Virus record (IMG/VR): IMGVR_UViG_3300048854_000232
Coordinates: 96,618 to 160,617 of that record
DNA: 64,000 bases
DNA from: a virus
Direction: 5' to 3' (one strand)
The notes under the pieces are model-generated. The model had not been told where the DNA came from, ran no database searches, and saw only the letters and a program-made list of their open reading frames with translations. Positions 54,190-63,658 of this stretch are shown piece by piece. Position 1 is the stretch's first letter. Each line of letters starts with the position of its first letter. The position numbers were made by a program, and so were the translations under genes.

Positions 54190-55006
54190 AAGGGAAGTCC
54201 TTCAGCGCCTTGTTGATCGCAAGGGTCAGCTGGGTGATCTGGGTCATGTCGCTAAAGAGCAGTTCCGCCTCGTGGCTCAAGGCCGCCGACATGGCTACAT
54301 CTTCCAGGTCCGAGGCGTAAGCCAGGCCCACCAGCTCGATCCCAGCCAGTTCCATGGTCAGCGTGTCCAGGCGATCGCGCCAGGGCTTGACCAGTTCATC
54401 CAGCGGCACGCCCAGGCGTCCACCTTCGGAAAGGTAGATGCTGACCGCACTGGGGACGGTACGTTTTGCCAGGAACTGGGTAACTCTTGACCGGGCACGA
54501 TCAACTTGTGCAGGATCTGCTTCCGGTTGCAACGCCTCTTCCGAATGGATTCCTTCGATCCGATCGAGGAGTTCCGGACGAACTGCCGTCAGCAGCGAAA
54601 GGTACACGTGCGACGGGAACGCACCCATCAGTTCCAGGATATCGGCCAACGCCGCTTCCACACCTTCCGGTGCCTGGCACAGACTGTAGATGGTCTCGTG
54701 GTCGTCGTAGTTCTCGATCAGCGTCAAGCCCGTCAAGATATCGGTCAGCTGGGACAAGGTGGCCTCATGGTCCACCTGCACACCGAACTCACCAATCGTC
54801 TGCATCAATACACCGCCCAAGAGGGTGTCGATCGAATGCAGGAAGATCTCCGTGTCGCCGTTCTCGGCCAACGAGATCTGTTGATCGATCTGCAGGCCGT
54901 GTTCGACCATGCCAACAGACACCAGCGCGTTGCAGGCATCCAGATACACTCTCTTGCGTTCAGGACTCACGATGAGATCCAGATACGCAGCGAAATACTC
55001 GAACAT
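54182..55006 (-). CDS. Conserved hypothetical protein
   Basis: GAGGA RBS; overlaps the vRNAP gene start. Confidence 0.75.
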   Translation of the reverse strand: MFEYFAAYLDLIVSPERKRVYLDACNALVSVGMVEHGLQIDQQISLAENGDTEIFLHSIDTLLGGVLMQTIGEFGVQVDHEATLSQLTDILTGLTLIENYDDHETIYSLCQAPEGVEAALADILELMGAFPSHVYLSLLTAVRPELLDRIEGIHSEEALQPEADPAQVDRARSRVTQFLAKRTVPSAVSIYLSEGGRLGVPLDELVKPWRDRLDTLTMELAGIELVGLAYASDLEDVAMSAALSHEAELLFSDMTQITQLTLAINKALKDFPYA

Positions 55007-55108
55007 AGGTGAGGTCCTCGACCAATCCGTCAATAATTACACTGGCTCTTTTCATATGAAAAGTGTCGTCTTTACCATTTTTCCGACTTTATCACGAGAG
55101 AACCCCAC

Positions 55109-55609
55109 ATGGGCAGCAAGAAACAGCAGCCGCCGCAGCAGACGGCTAACGACAATTCGTGGGAAGTCCTGCGCGAGATGCACCGCGCCCTGGTGTCCTA
55201 CGCCATGATTCCCGGTGGCTTCGTCGCCCGCCTTCGCAACCCCGAAGACCTGGCGAAAATCACCGCAGCCGGCAAGTTCCCGGACCTCATGGCCCAGATG
55301 GAAATTCTGGACCGCGATGTCCAGGAGTTCGCCAAGAACCTCGCCATCCTGCGTGAACGTCACATCACCCGCCGCGGACATGCCTACGATCAGAACGATC
55401 GCATGGTCGCCCTGCAGATCTTCGAGAGCTATCTCGAATGGGGTGCCAAGTACGAGCGCGTGATCGTGCCGATCCTGGCCGACATCATCAGCATCTACCA
55501 GACCGCCGGCCTCAAGGCTCCCGCCGAGAACATCCAGCAGGGTGAGGTCGTCGCCGCCGTCCGTGCCGCGTACGCCAACAACCTTCCACAGCTCGGAGCT
55601 GGATCGTGA
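55109..55609 (+). CDS. Hypothetical protein
   Basis: Divergent operon start; palindromic TTTTCATATGAAAA upstream (TATG on both strands). Confidence 0.75.
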   Translation: MGSKKQQPPQQTANDNSWEVLREMHRALVSYAMIPGGFVARLRNPEDLAKITAAGKFPDLMAQMEILDRDVQEFAKNLAILRERHITRRGHAYDQNDRMVALQIFESYLEWGAKYERVIVPILADIISIYQTAGLKAPAENIQQGEVVAAVRAAYANNLPQLGAGS

Positions 55610-57198
55610 CCGAAGAAACCATTGATCAGGTCCCGACCTCGGGTACCGACGACGTACCGGCCAGCGCCCCGCCGGTAAGCGACGAAGAAGCACCGACCGA
55701 CACCGCCGACGACGGCGACGCTTCCGAGCGTCCCGCCCACGTCTACAGCTCGAACCCGCGCGTCAACCTGACCCGCACTGTGTTCGAGAAGCTCAAGAAG
55801 GGCGAGGAGTTCAACCCCGCCGAGGCCCTGTCGCTGCTGGATGTGGATATCGAGGAGTTCAATGCTCTGGTCGATACCTACCCCAACCAGAACTTCGCCG
55901 CCTCCGAACACGGCCAGCGTTGGTTCAGCATCATCGAGCAGGCGCAGTCCTACCTGCTCCGTTCGCGCGCCCTGGCCGGTTCGCTGGCTCGGGAGAACTC
56001 GCTCTGGCAGCAGGTCATCGCCCATGGTAACGAGAAGCTCGCCGCCGGCAAGCCCAAGTTCGGCGAGAAACACGAAGGCGGCCTGCTGACCGGCGAAGCG
56101 GCGATGATGCGCATGCAGGGCCTGCTCGGTTTGGGTACGGTGGTGCGTATCCCGCTCTACCACTCCGGCCTCTGGCTCTCGATCAAGGCCCCGGGCGACA
56201 ACGCCTTCCTGGAGCTGGAGCAGAAGATCGCCAACGAGAAGCTGACCCTGGGCCGCCAGTCCAACGGTCTCATCTTCTCGAACACCTCCGTCTACACGAC
56301 CATGTACCTGCTCGACTTCATCCTCGATCACGTGTACGAGGCCTCGTTCAAGTACGACGAGGTCGGCAAGCTGAAGTCGATCATCGACATCACGGACATC
56401 CCGACGGTGCTGTGGGGCATGCTCTGCGCCACCTACCCCTCGGGCTACCAGTACCAGAAGTCCTGCGTGGTCGATCCGACCAAGTGCCAGCACATCGTCG
56501 AGGAGCTCCTGAACCTGGGCAAGCTGTCCTGGACCGACGAGCGTCGCCTGTCGACCAAGCAGCGTGTGCACATGGCCCGTCGTGGTGCCAAGTTCACCAC
56601 CCAGGAGCTGGCCGCCTACCGTGCCGAGCACGACTTCGTCGAGTTCAGCGAAGTGGAGCTCTCCCCGCACCTGATCGTGCAGTTCCGTGTGCCGACGATT
56701 GCCGAGTACCAGCAGTCCGGTTACAACTGGATCGAATCGATCGTGCGTCAGGCCGACAAGGTCTTCGCCGGGCACCTGTCCGGTAACGATCGCGACCAGT
56801 ACATCATCCAGCAGGGTCAGGTCACCGCGCTGCGTCAGTACGCGCACTGGGTCGACAAGATCATCATGGTCGATCCCGAAGAAGAGCGTGATGGCGACCA
56901 CCCGTACGGCCCCTCGGCCCGCACGGTCGTGGACCGCAGCACCCTGGAAGACCTGATCGCGCAGATGGCCGGCAACGACGGCGTGTTCAAGAACTTCTTC
57001 GAAGGCGTTGGTCGGTACATCGACAACACGACGATTTCGCTGATCGCACTGCCCAAGTACCGTTGCCCGAAGTGCGGCGGGGAAATGCCCGACGAGGAGC
57101 GTAAGCACCCGCACCTCATTCCCCTGGACATGACCAGCCTTTTTTTTACACTCATCGACCAGCGGATCAGCAAGGTCCTCTCCAAGTCAATCGCGTAA
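55606..57198 (+). CDS. Baseplate-hub assembly / tail chaperone-like protein with CxxC Zn motifs
   Basis: GTGA overlap; SC…KC and CPKC; ends …LDMTSLFFTL on a slippery T8. Confidence 0.7.
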   Translation: MTEETIDQVPTSGTDDVPASAPPVSDEEAPTDTADDGDASERPAHVYSSNPRVNLTRTVFEKLKKGEEFNPAEALSLLDVDIEEFNALVDTYPNQNFAASEHGQRWFSIIEQAQSYLLRSRALAGSLARENSLWQQVIAHGNEKLAAGKPKFGEKHEGGLLTGEAAMMRMQGLLGLGTVVRIPLYHSGLWLSIKAPGDNAFLELEQKIANEKLTLGRQSNGLIFSNTSVYTTMYLLDFILDHVYEASFKYDEVGKLKSIIDITDIPTVLWGMLCATYPSGYQYQKSCVVDPTKCQHIVEELLNLGKLSWTDERRLSTKQRVHMARRGAKFTTQELAAYRAEHDFVEFSEVELSPHLIVQFRVPTIAEYQQSGYNWIESIVRQADKVFAGHLSGNDRDQYIIQQGQVTALRQYAHWVDKIIMVDPEEERDGDHPYGPSARTVVDRSTLEDLIAQMAGNDGVFKNFFEGVGRYIDNTTISLIALPKYRCPKCGGEMPDEERKHPHLIPLDMTSLFFTLIDQRISKVLSKSIA

Positions 57199-57665
57199 AG
57201 CTCAACGACAAAGACAGCGATGGTCACATCGAGTACAAGTCGTTCGGCCACCGCCGCTTCGGTCTGCCCTCACCGGTAGATATCCTGATGAAGCAAGTGG
57301 ATCACCTGGACAGCATCTCTGCGAAGATGCTGCTCCTGGAGAGCTACGAGACCCTGTACGGGATCTTCAATCACGACGCGGTGGCATCCAGTCCAGACCA
57401 GCCGGGGGTTCCTTCCCGGCCCCTGGCCTTGGTGGCGATGCATCCGCAGGAAAACATCCGAGGGTACAGTCGTCTGTACCAGGTTACCGCGAGGTACCTG
57501 ACCAGTGGCATCGGCGATCGATTCCACATGTCCCTGGAAGAATACCTGCGGCTGCCCACGGACTACGCTGAATACCTGCATTTCCTGGCGTCCCAGCAAA
57601 TCGTCAAAGACGGTAAGACCGCGGACACCTTGTTAAAGCAGATGAACGCCACTGGTCGAACCTAA
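57141..57665 (+). CDS. -1 frame extension, probably reached by programmed frameshift; the track ORF 57288-57665 is its 3' part
   Basis: The frame is open from the T8 run to 57665, with coding-like codons (VKLNDKDSDGHIEYKSFGH) upstream of the first ATG. Confidence 0.65.
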   Translation, partial: FFYTHRPADQQGPLQVNRVKLNDKDSDGHIEYKSFGHRRFGLPSPVDILMKQVDHLDSISAKMLLLESYETLYGIFNHDAVASSPDQPGVPSRPLALVAMHPQENIRGYSRLYQVTARYLTSGIGDRFHMSLEEYLRLPTDYAEYLHFLASQQIVKDGKTADTLLKQMNATGRT

Positions 57666-57680
57666 TCGCAAGGAGGTCAC

Positions 57681-58139
57681 GTGATCGTCTATGAAGGTGC
57701 GGGAGATCTCTTCCGCTGTGGTGCGCAGACCTTGGTCTGCACCACGAACGTGATCGGTGCGATGGGGAAAGGAATTGCGAAGACGTTCAAGGAGCGTGTC
57801 CCGGGACTCTACGAGTTCTACCAGACACACTTCCCACCGATTCGACACCAGCCCGAACCGGGCCTGGTGAACAAGCTTCTGCTCTTTGACATGCCATCCG
57901 GACAACGCGTACTACTCTTTCCAACCAAAGAGCAGTGGTGGAATCCCTCCCAACTGGTGTGGATCGAGGACAATCTTCGGACCCTCGCAACACAGTACCA
58001 GACCCTGGGCATCACCTCGCTGGGCTTGCCGCCTTTGGGCTGCGGGAACGGCGGGCGGAACTATGAGAAGGAAGTTCGCCCGATGCTTTACAAATACCTG
58101 GCTGACATCCCTCTGCCAGTGAAGATCCTTCTTGGTTAA
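57681..58139 (+). CDS. Macrodomain (DarG/Appr-1''-p processing-like) ADP-ribosylhydrolase
   Basis: GDLF…LVCTTNVIGAMGKGIA…FPTK…W…PPLGCGNGG. Confidence 0.88.
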   Translation: MIVYEGAGDLFRCGAQTLVCTTNVIGAMGKGIAKTFKERVPGLYEFYQTHFPPIRHQPEPGLVNKLLLFDMPSGQRVLLFPTKEQWWNPSQLVWIEDNLRTLATQYQTLGITSLGLPPLGCGNGGRNYEKEVRPMLYKYLADIPLPVKILLG

Positions 58140-58140
58140 C

Positions 58141-58242
58141 CATACGCTCCCGTGGGTCCCTATGGTGGGGGCCTCACGGGGGTTTATGCCGCATAGAGAG
58201 GAGAGCCCTTGCGGGCTCTCCTCTCTTGCTTCTTTCTTTTTT
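58141..58242. terminator. Tandem hairpins separated by TTATGCCGCATA
   Basis: Two stems; the second, AGAGGAGAGCCC/GGGCTCTCCTCT, is followed by a T tract. Confidence 0.7.
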
Positions 58243-58244
58243 GC

Positions 58245-61154
58245 TTACTGGAGGTGTTGCAAGAACGTGATGCTTACTGAGTCCTCGATTCCGATCGTGC
58301 CGTCGGCCAGAGCCACGGCAATCTTGCGAATCGACAGACGCTGCGAGTCGTCCTTCATGGTCACGGCTGCCTGCGGTGTGTCGCCACCCAGGCCCGTTAC
58401 CTCGAAGCCAACGACATCACTGCTGACCACCGCACCCAAGGCCTGGGTAATGGCATTCGTAGTGACCGTCGCATTCTGCAGCTGGTCGTTGATCGCACTG
58501 ATCGCCGAGTCCGTGAGCTTGGCGCGTAGGTCCGCATCGCGATAAGCCGTCCCCGAGAGGTAGTAGGTCACCGAGAAGCTTTGCTGCGCCGACATCGTGG
58601 TTTCCGAATCCTCACCCACCAGGACATTGACCGTACCCAGCGTCTCCTTCGGGAAGAAGTACAGACTCGTCTGCTCCAGGAGGAACTGCGAGACGTTGGC
58701 GATGTCATCGACCAACCACCCAGCCACTTGCACGGGCAGAGCCAGCTTGTAGGCCAGAGCCTGCGACTCGGTAGCGAACCAGTACACGCCATCCAGCATG
58801 AACAGGTCGACCTGACGCTGCATCTGCCGGGAGGAGACCACGATCGGGTTACCTTCCGCATCGGTGACCACATCACCCTTCCGGTACTTGAAGGTTGGCT
58901 GACCGTTGGTGTCCAGGACCGGATCCCCGGCGCGATGCAAGTAGGTGAAGGCAATCCCACCGTGACCATCGTCCGTGACAATCGGCAGACCCGACTGCGG
59001 ATCACGGGCAATGACATCGACCGTGTACAGGTTGGGCACGTCTGCGGTGTAGCGCTGGTAGTCGATCGAGGAGGCCACCGAACGCGAGGCCGTCCACAGC
59101 CCTTCGAGCGAATCGCCCAAGTGCAGCTTCAGGGTCTCACGGGCCACGCCGACCGCATCTTCCGGCAGGAGCACCTTACCCATGTCCACGTCGATCTGCG
59201 AGGACTGCAGACCCACCGTGCTACCGATGCCCGTAGCAACGTACATGACGTCGAAGTTGGACAGCAGAGCGGTGGCGTGTGGACGGGTGGGATCGGTGTA
59301 CATCTGGAACGAGGTCAGGACGATGTTATCCAGTTCGTCGATGTCGTAGTTGGTGTCCAGGGTGAACTGGTAGACCCGCTCACCGGCCTGGGTGTGGCCA
59401 ATCAGCGTACCGTTCTGGTAAGCGCGGTCCTGTTCATTGACCGGCACGAACGAAAGCTGGCAGTACACCGCCGAATCCGCTAGCGCCTTCCAGGCATCGG
59501 AGGACTTGGTCGTCAGGATCAACGTGTAACCGGTGAGGGTACGAGCGATCACGTAGGAGTCGGTACCGACCTCCAGGCCCGTGGTGTCGTTCTCATCGAC
59601 GAAGACCTTCGAATCGATCGAGGGGTTGTCCAGGAAGTACGCACGCAGGTCGAAGGTGTCGTTGTTCATGTCCAGCACGTAGTGATACGGCGAGAACATG
59701 TAACTGGCCTGGTTGATCGTGCGCGCCCGGGCATCCACTGCCATGGCCATCAGGTTGGTGATGACCTGATCACTCACCGGGGTGGTGACGCCGTTGATGT
59801 TCTGGTAGAGCATCGCCGGCAGCAGGGTGATCCGGTTGCCGTTGTCCCGTACCTGGTTGTAGGTGGCCAGTTCGGTCATCGACGCCTGGAGGGTTTCGAT
59901 CGAGCAGGCCGCACCGGCAATGGACGAGCCATCGGTCGGCGCCGGTAGCTGACGGGTCGCCAGGAACTGACGGTTGGTGATGTTATCCACATCGGCCACC
60001 GCAGCGTAGCCCAGGTCCGCCAGACGCGTGGTCAGCTGGACGTTGGTGATCGGCACCGACGGGGCGCCCATCGCGTTGGTCATGACCTGCTCACGCAGGG
60101 CATCGAAGGTCACGCCCAGGGAACCACCGGAGACCACGAAGTCGGAGTAGACCAGGGATTCCTGGAACGCCGTCAGCGGAGCCACGTAAGCGCTGGAGGC
60201 CGTCCCATCCAGGTCGATCCACTTGGCGCTGAAGTTATCGATGATGTAGTTGGACAGGATCATGTCCAACGGGCCCTTGGTCGTGTAGATGTCGATACGC
60301 AGTTCGCTGTTGACCAGCTGGTTGGTCAGGTAGGTCTGAGGGACCGACACATTCAGCTGACCGTCCAGGACCTTCAGTACCGCCGTGGGCTTGGTCGCAT
60401 CGAAGACCTGCTCGGTGTGCGTGGTCAGCATCTCGATCCACGAACCATCCGCCGCCGCGTAGTAGACCCGGGCGTAGTAGAAGCTGTCCGTGAAGTCGTA
60501 GGTCTTGTTGAAGACCGAGGCCAGGTTCAGCGTACCGTAGTTGGACTTGATCGCGAACTGACCCACCGGGATCTGGATGGCGACGAAATCGCTGCCGCCC
60601 ACGTTGCGGATCTCCCAGTCCACGATGTTGGTCTGCAGGGTCTGCAACGGCGAGAGCTTGCTCGTGTCGTAGACGATCTGCAAGCCGCCGTGGGCCATGA
60701 CCTTAACGTCGATCGGGTACTGCATGGTGAAGGAGACGCCCGCCACCGTGAACTCGGTGTTGCGCGGGATGGTGACCTTGGCAATCTCGCCCACGCCGGT
60801 GGGCACCACGCGCCGGTACAGCTCGGCCTTGTTCAGCCAGATCCAGAACGAGGTCCGGGCCGGGGTGGCGAAGATGTTGAGATAATCGGTGTCGGACATG
60901 TGCCGGTACAGATCATCGTAGTTCAGCGCCATCGACGCGTACTGCTTGCGCGTGTTCACCTCGTTCTGGACCATGGCCGAGGAGGTCATCACCGCTGCCG
61001 CATCCAGAAGGAAGACGAACGGGTTGGACGGATCCACGACCTGGTAGGCGCCGCTGGAGATTGCGTCAAGCTTTTGGTAGATCGCCCGCTGGATAGCCGT
61101 AGGGTTGGCCCGCACGCGGTTGATGATGGTCTGCAGATCAGTCACATCAGACAT
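58245..61154 (-). CDS. Large virion structural protein, probably baseplate (phiKZ gp87-like)
   Basis: 969 aa; DPSNPFVFLL N-terminal motif; synteny. Confidence 0.75.
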   Translation of the reverse strand: MSDVTDLQTIINRVRANPTAIQRAIYQKLDAISSGAYQVVDPSNPFVFLLDAAAVMTSSAMVQNEVNTRKQYASMALNYDDLYRHMSDTDYLNIFATPARTSFWIWLNKAELYRRVVPTGVGEIAKVTIPRNTEFTVAGVSFTMQYPIDVKVMAHGGLQIVYDTSKLSPLQTLQTNIVDWEIRNVGGSDFVAIQIPVGQFAIKSNYGTLNLASVFNKTYDFTDSFYYARVYYAAADGSWIEMLTTHTEQVFDATKPTAVLKVLDGQLNVSVPQTYLTNQLVNSELRIDIYTTKGPLDMILSNYIIDNFSAKWIDLDGTASSAYVAPLTAFQESLVYSDFVVSGGSLGVTFDALREQVMTNAMGAPSVPITNVQLTTRLADLGYAAVADVDNITNRQFLATRQLPAPTDGSSIAGAACSIETLQASMTELATYNQVRDNGNRITLLPAMLYQNINGVTTPVSDQVITNLMAMAVDARARTINQASYMFSPYHYVLDMNNDTFDLRAYFLDNPSIDSKVFVDENDTTGLEVGTDSYVIARTLTGYTLILTTKSSDAWKALADSAVYCQLSFVPVNEQDRAYQNGTLIGHTQAGERVYQFTLDTNYDIDELDNIVLTSFQMYTDPTRPHATALLSNFDVMYVATGIGSTVGLQSSQIDVDMGKVLLPEDAVGVARETLKLHLGDSLEGLWTASRSVASSIDYQRYTADVPNLYTVDVIARDPQSGLPIVTDDGHGGIAFTYLHRAGDPVLDTNGQPTFKYRKGDVVTDAEGNPIVVSSRQMQRQVDLFMLDGVYWFATESQALAYKLALPVQVAGWLVDDIANVSQFLLEQTSLYFFPKETLGTVNVLVGEDSETTMSAQQSFSVTYYLSGTAYRDADLRAKLTDSAISAINDQLQNATVTTNAITQALGAVVSSDVVGFEVTGLGGDTPQAAVTMKDDSQRLSIRKIAVALADGTIGIEDSVSITFLQHLQ

Positions 61155-61163
61155 AGGAAGTCC

Positions 61164-62222
61164 TTACGGGGTCGAGGTAGTCGCAGCGGCTTTGAGCGCT
61201 GAGGTAATCGCGTTGTAATCGTCCGGTTTCACCCACCACTGGAGCTCGTTCTGGTTCTTCGGATCGATATACGGATACCCGTAGTAGTTGAAGGTGGCCA
61301 GTTCGGTTTGGCTCAGCTTCACATACCCCGAGGCGGCTCGCCGCGCGTTACTCATGTTGGGGTTGAACAGGCCCACGATATCGTTGAACTCACGGATCAG
61401 GATCGAGTCCTGGTATTCCGCACCGACACAGTGGAAAGGAATCTGGATCTGCTGGGCGTTGTCCTGGTTGAACGGGGTGTCCGAGGAGAAGTTCATGGCC
61501 GCACCCAACGAGGAGGAGGTCGGGAAGGCAATGGTGGAGGCAATCTTCTGCACGTACTGACGGGACGGGTCCAACACCAGCCGGTAGATCCGGGTGTTGT
61601 AGTCGATCTCGTTCTCCAGGATGCTCTGCGGGTAGGGCATCATCGTGCCTTCGTACACCCGCGCAGCATACCGGATCCAGGAGTTGAACAGCAATGTTAT
61701 AGGGTCGCCTGCCGTGTTACGGAAGCTGGCCTGGAGATCAAAACTGCCGTAGTTCTTGGCCACGTCGTCGATCATGCTCCACGTTTCTTTATACGTGCCA
61801 GCCTTGGAATCGAAGTACCCCACGACGGGGTCAGGCCAACCGTTGAGCGAAAGCAGGCGGTTGGTCAGGATCGCAATGAAGGGACTGTTCGTGTCCACGA
61901 TAGGGGAGGTGATCCCACTTTCAAACGCACCCTGCGGGTCCAGCATCGCTCGGACGGCGCGCTGAAAGGTGGGGCGTTCTGCATTCTCGTTGACCACGGC
62001 CAGATTGAACAGCACCCGGTCCATCATGAGGTTATCATGTGCCAGGTTGAGGTTCGGTCGGGTAAAGAAGGTCAGGCCGGTTGCGTCCGTATTGTACGAA
62101 CTTGCGTTACCAGCACCGCCTCGGTGATTGATTCCAAAGGTAGCGTCCGCGGTAGCCTCAGAAAGGCTGCCGTAGCCACTTTGCCGTGTTAGCAAATCAA
62201 TTTCGTCTTTTAGGGACGCCAT
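61164..62222 (-). CDS. Virion structural protein (phiKZ gp88-like)
   Basis: FFTRPNLNL and IDYNTRIYRLVLD motifs; synteny. Confidence 0.75.
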   Translation of the reverse strand: MASLKDEIDLLTRQSGYGSLSEATADATFGINHRGGAGNASSYNTDATGLTFFTRPNLNLAHDNLMMDRVLFNLAVVNENAERPTFQRAVRAMLDPQGAFESGITSPIVDTNSPFIAILTNRLLSLNGWPDPVVGYFDSKAGTYKETWSMIDDVAKNYGSFDLQASFRNTAGDPITLLFNSWIRYAARVYEGTMMPYPQSILENEIDYNTRIYRLVLDPSRQYVQKIASTIAFPTSSSLGAAMNFSSDTPFNQDNAQQIQIPFHCVGAEYQDSILIREFNDIVGLFNPNMSNARRAASGYVKLSQTELATFNYYGYPYIDPKNQNELQWWVKPDDYNAITSALKAAATTSTP

Positions 62223-62253
62223 ACAAAACTTCTCCGCCTAGGGAAACAAGAAA

Positions 62254-63612
62254 ATGAGTCTGACAGTCGTAGCCGCCGGGGCCGCGAGCGCGCTCGCAGT
62301 GGCCAAACCTGCACTGCAGTTTGTGATGTCCCTCGCAAGCCGCGTGTTCCGCAATACCAAAGCCGATTCGCTGATTCGGTTCACCAAAGCCACCCGCGTC
62401 GAACCGATCGTCATGATCGATCAGCGCATTGCGCACCTGCCGTACACGCATGACGTGATGCAGGCGCTGTCCTCGATCTTTATCGGCTATTACCTGCAGG
62501 CCATCGCGCTGGCTGTGAACGTCGGCAAGATCAATGTGATCAAGCTGCTGGACACCCTCAACCCCACCCGTGACGTCGTCGACGCGGCGGCAGCCAAGAT
62601 CGTCGACGTGATCAACACGCCGTCGATGAATTCGTTCGAGTCTTATGAGCACTCCCTGCCCCGTCCGGGCCAGGTGATCAGCCTGGAAGCCCAGGTCTTC
62701 AATCCGAAGCCGCAGCAGCACGACAATGCGTTCGGTCCGAAGCCTGCGACCAAGGCCGACATCGGCAAGGTCATGGCTCAGGGCGGCAACGTCGGTGCCA
62801 CGCTCGGTAACTCGGTCAAGCACGGTCAGCTGGGTAGCCAGATCAATTCGAACATGGGCGGCGGCCTCGACCAGAGCAAGCTGATCCACCTGAATCCGGA
62901 TGTCTCGGAGATCAACCAGGGCGTGTCGCAGAAGAACGACCTGTTCGCCAAGGACACGATCAAGTCGCTGGGCGAGGCGGTCAACCTCTCGGTCGGCAAG
63001 CTGATCGAAGTCAACGTGTCCGAAGGTGACCACTCCGCGACGTTCCCGATCTCGGTCCGACTGATCGCCACGATCGTCGGCTCCAATATCCTGGCTCATA
63101 TTCTTGGCGACGGCTCACGTGACACCAGCGCGAAGGAGCGTTATCACTCCTGGCGTGCGGGTCAGCTGGAGTTCTGGCGCGACCTGGTCCTGTGTCAGGA
63201 TCTGATCGACGAGCACAAGAAGACGCTGGCCCTGGACACCACCGGTACCTACGATGCGATCCTGAAGCGCCGCAGTGGCAACATGGCAGCGGCGACCCTC
63301 ACGGGCGCTCCGTCGGTGGCTACCGCTTCGAACCTGCTGGTCCTGTCCAAGCAGACCGCCCGGGAACTCGAGCTGTCGATTCGCGGCAAGCTGTCGGACT
63401 ACCACACCCGTGAAAAGGTGCTGAAGTCCACGTACATCATGCTGATGGTGGTGATCGATGCCGAGTGGGAACAGGTGACGATCTATCACCGTGGCATTTC
63501 TCTGCCGACCCAGCTGTCGATCAAGGAAATGAAAACCGCGAACAAGGGCACCGGTCCGGACGTGGGTGAAATCCTGAAGGCGTACCAATTGGGCATGAAC
63601 CCGACCATCTAA
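62254..63612 (+). CDS. Inner head protein (phiKZ gp89-like)
   Basis: TRVEPIVMID, NLSVGKL and DLVLCQDLI motifs; internal SFE/SLE cleavage-type sites. Confidence 0.75.
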   Translation: MSLTVVAAGAASALAVAKPALQFVMSLASRVFRNTKADSLIRFTKATRVEPIVMIDQRIAHLPYTHDVMQALSSIFIGYYLQAIALAVNVGKINVIKLLDTLNPTRDVVDAAAAKIVDVINTPSMNSFESYEHSLPRPGQVISLEAQVFNPKPQQHDNAFGPKPATKADIGKVMAQGGNVGATLGNSVKHGQLGSQINSNMGGGLDQSKLIHLNPDVSEINQGVSQKNDLFAKDTIKSLGEAVNLSVGKLIEVNVSEGDHSATFPISVRLIATIVGSNILAHILGDGSRDTSAKERYHSWRAGQLEFWRDLVLCQDLIDEHKKTLALDTTGTYDAILKRRSGNMAAATLTGAPSVATASNLLVLSKQTARELELSIRGKLSDYHTREKVLKSTYIMLMVVIDAEWEQVTIYHRGISLPTQLSIKEMKTANKGTGPDVGEILKAYQLGMNPTI

Positions 63613-63658
63613 GGTCGGGTCTCTCAACAGAATCTCACTACTACCGGACTGAACGACA

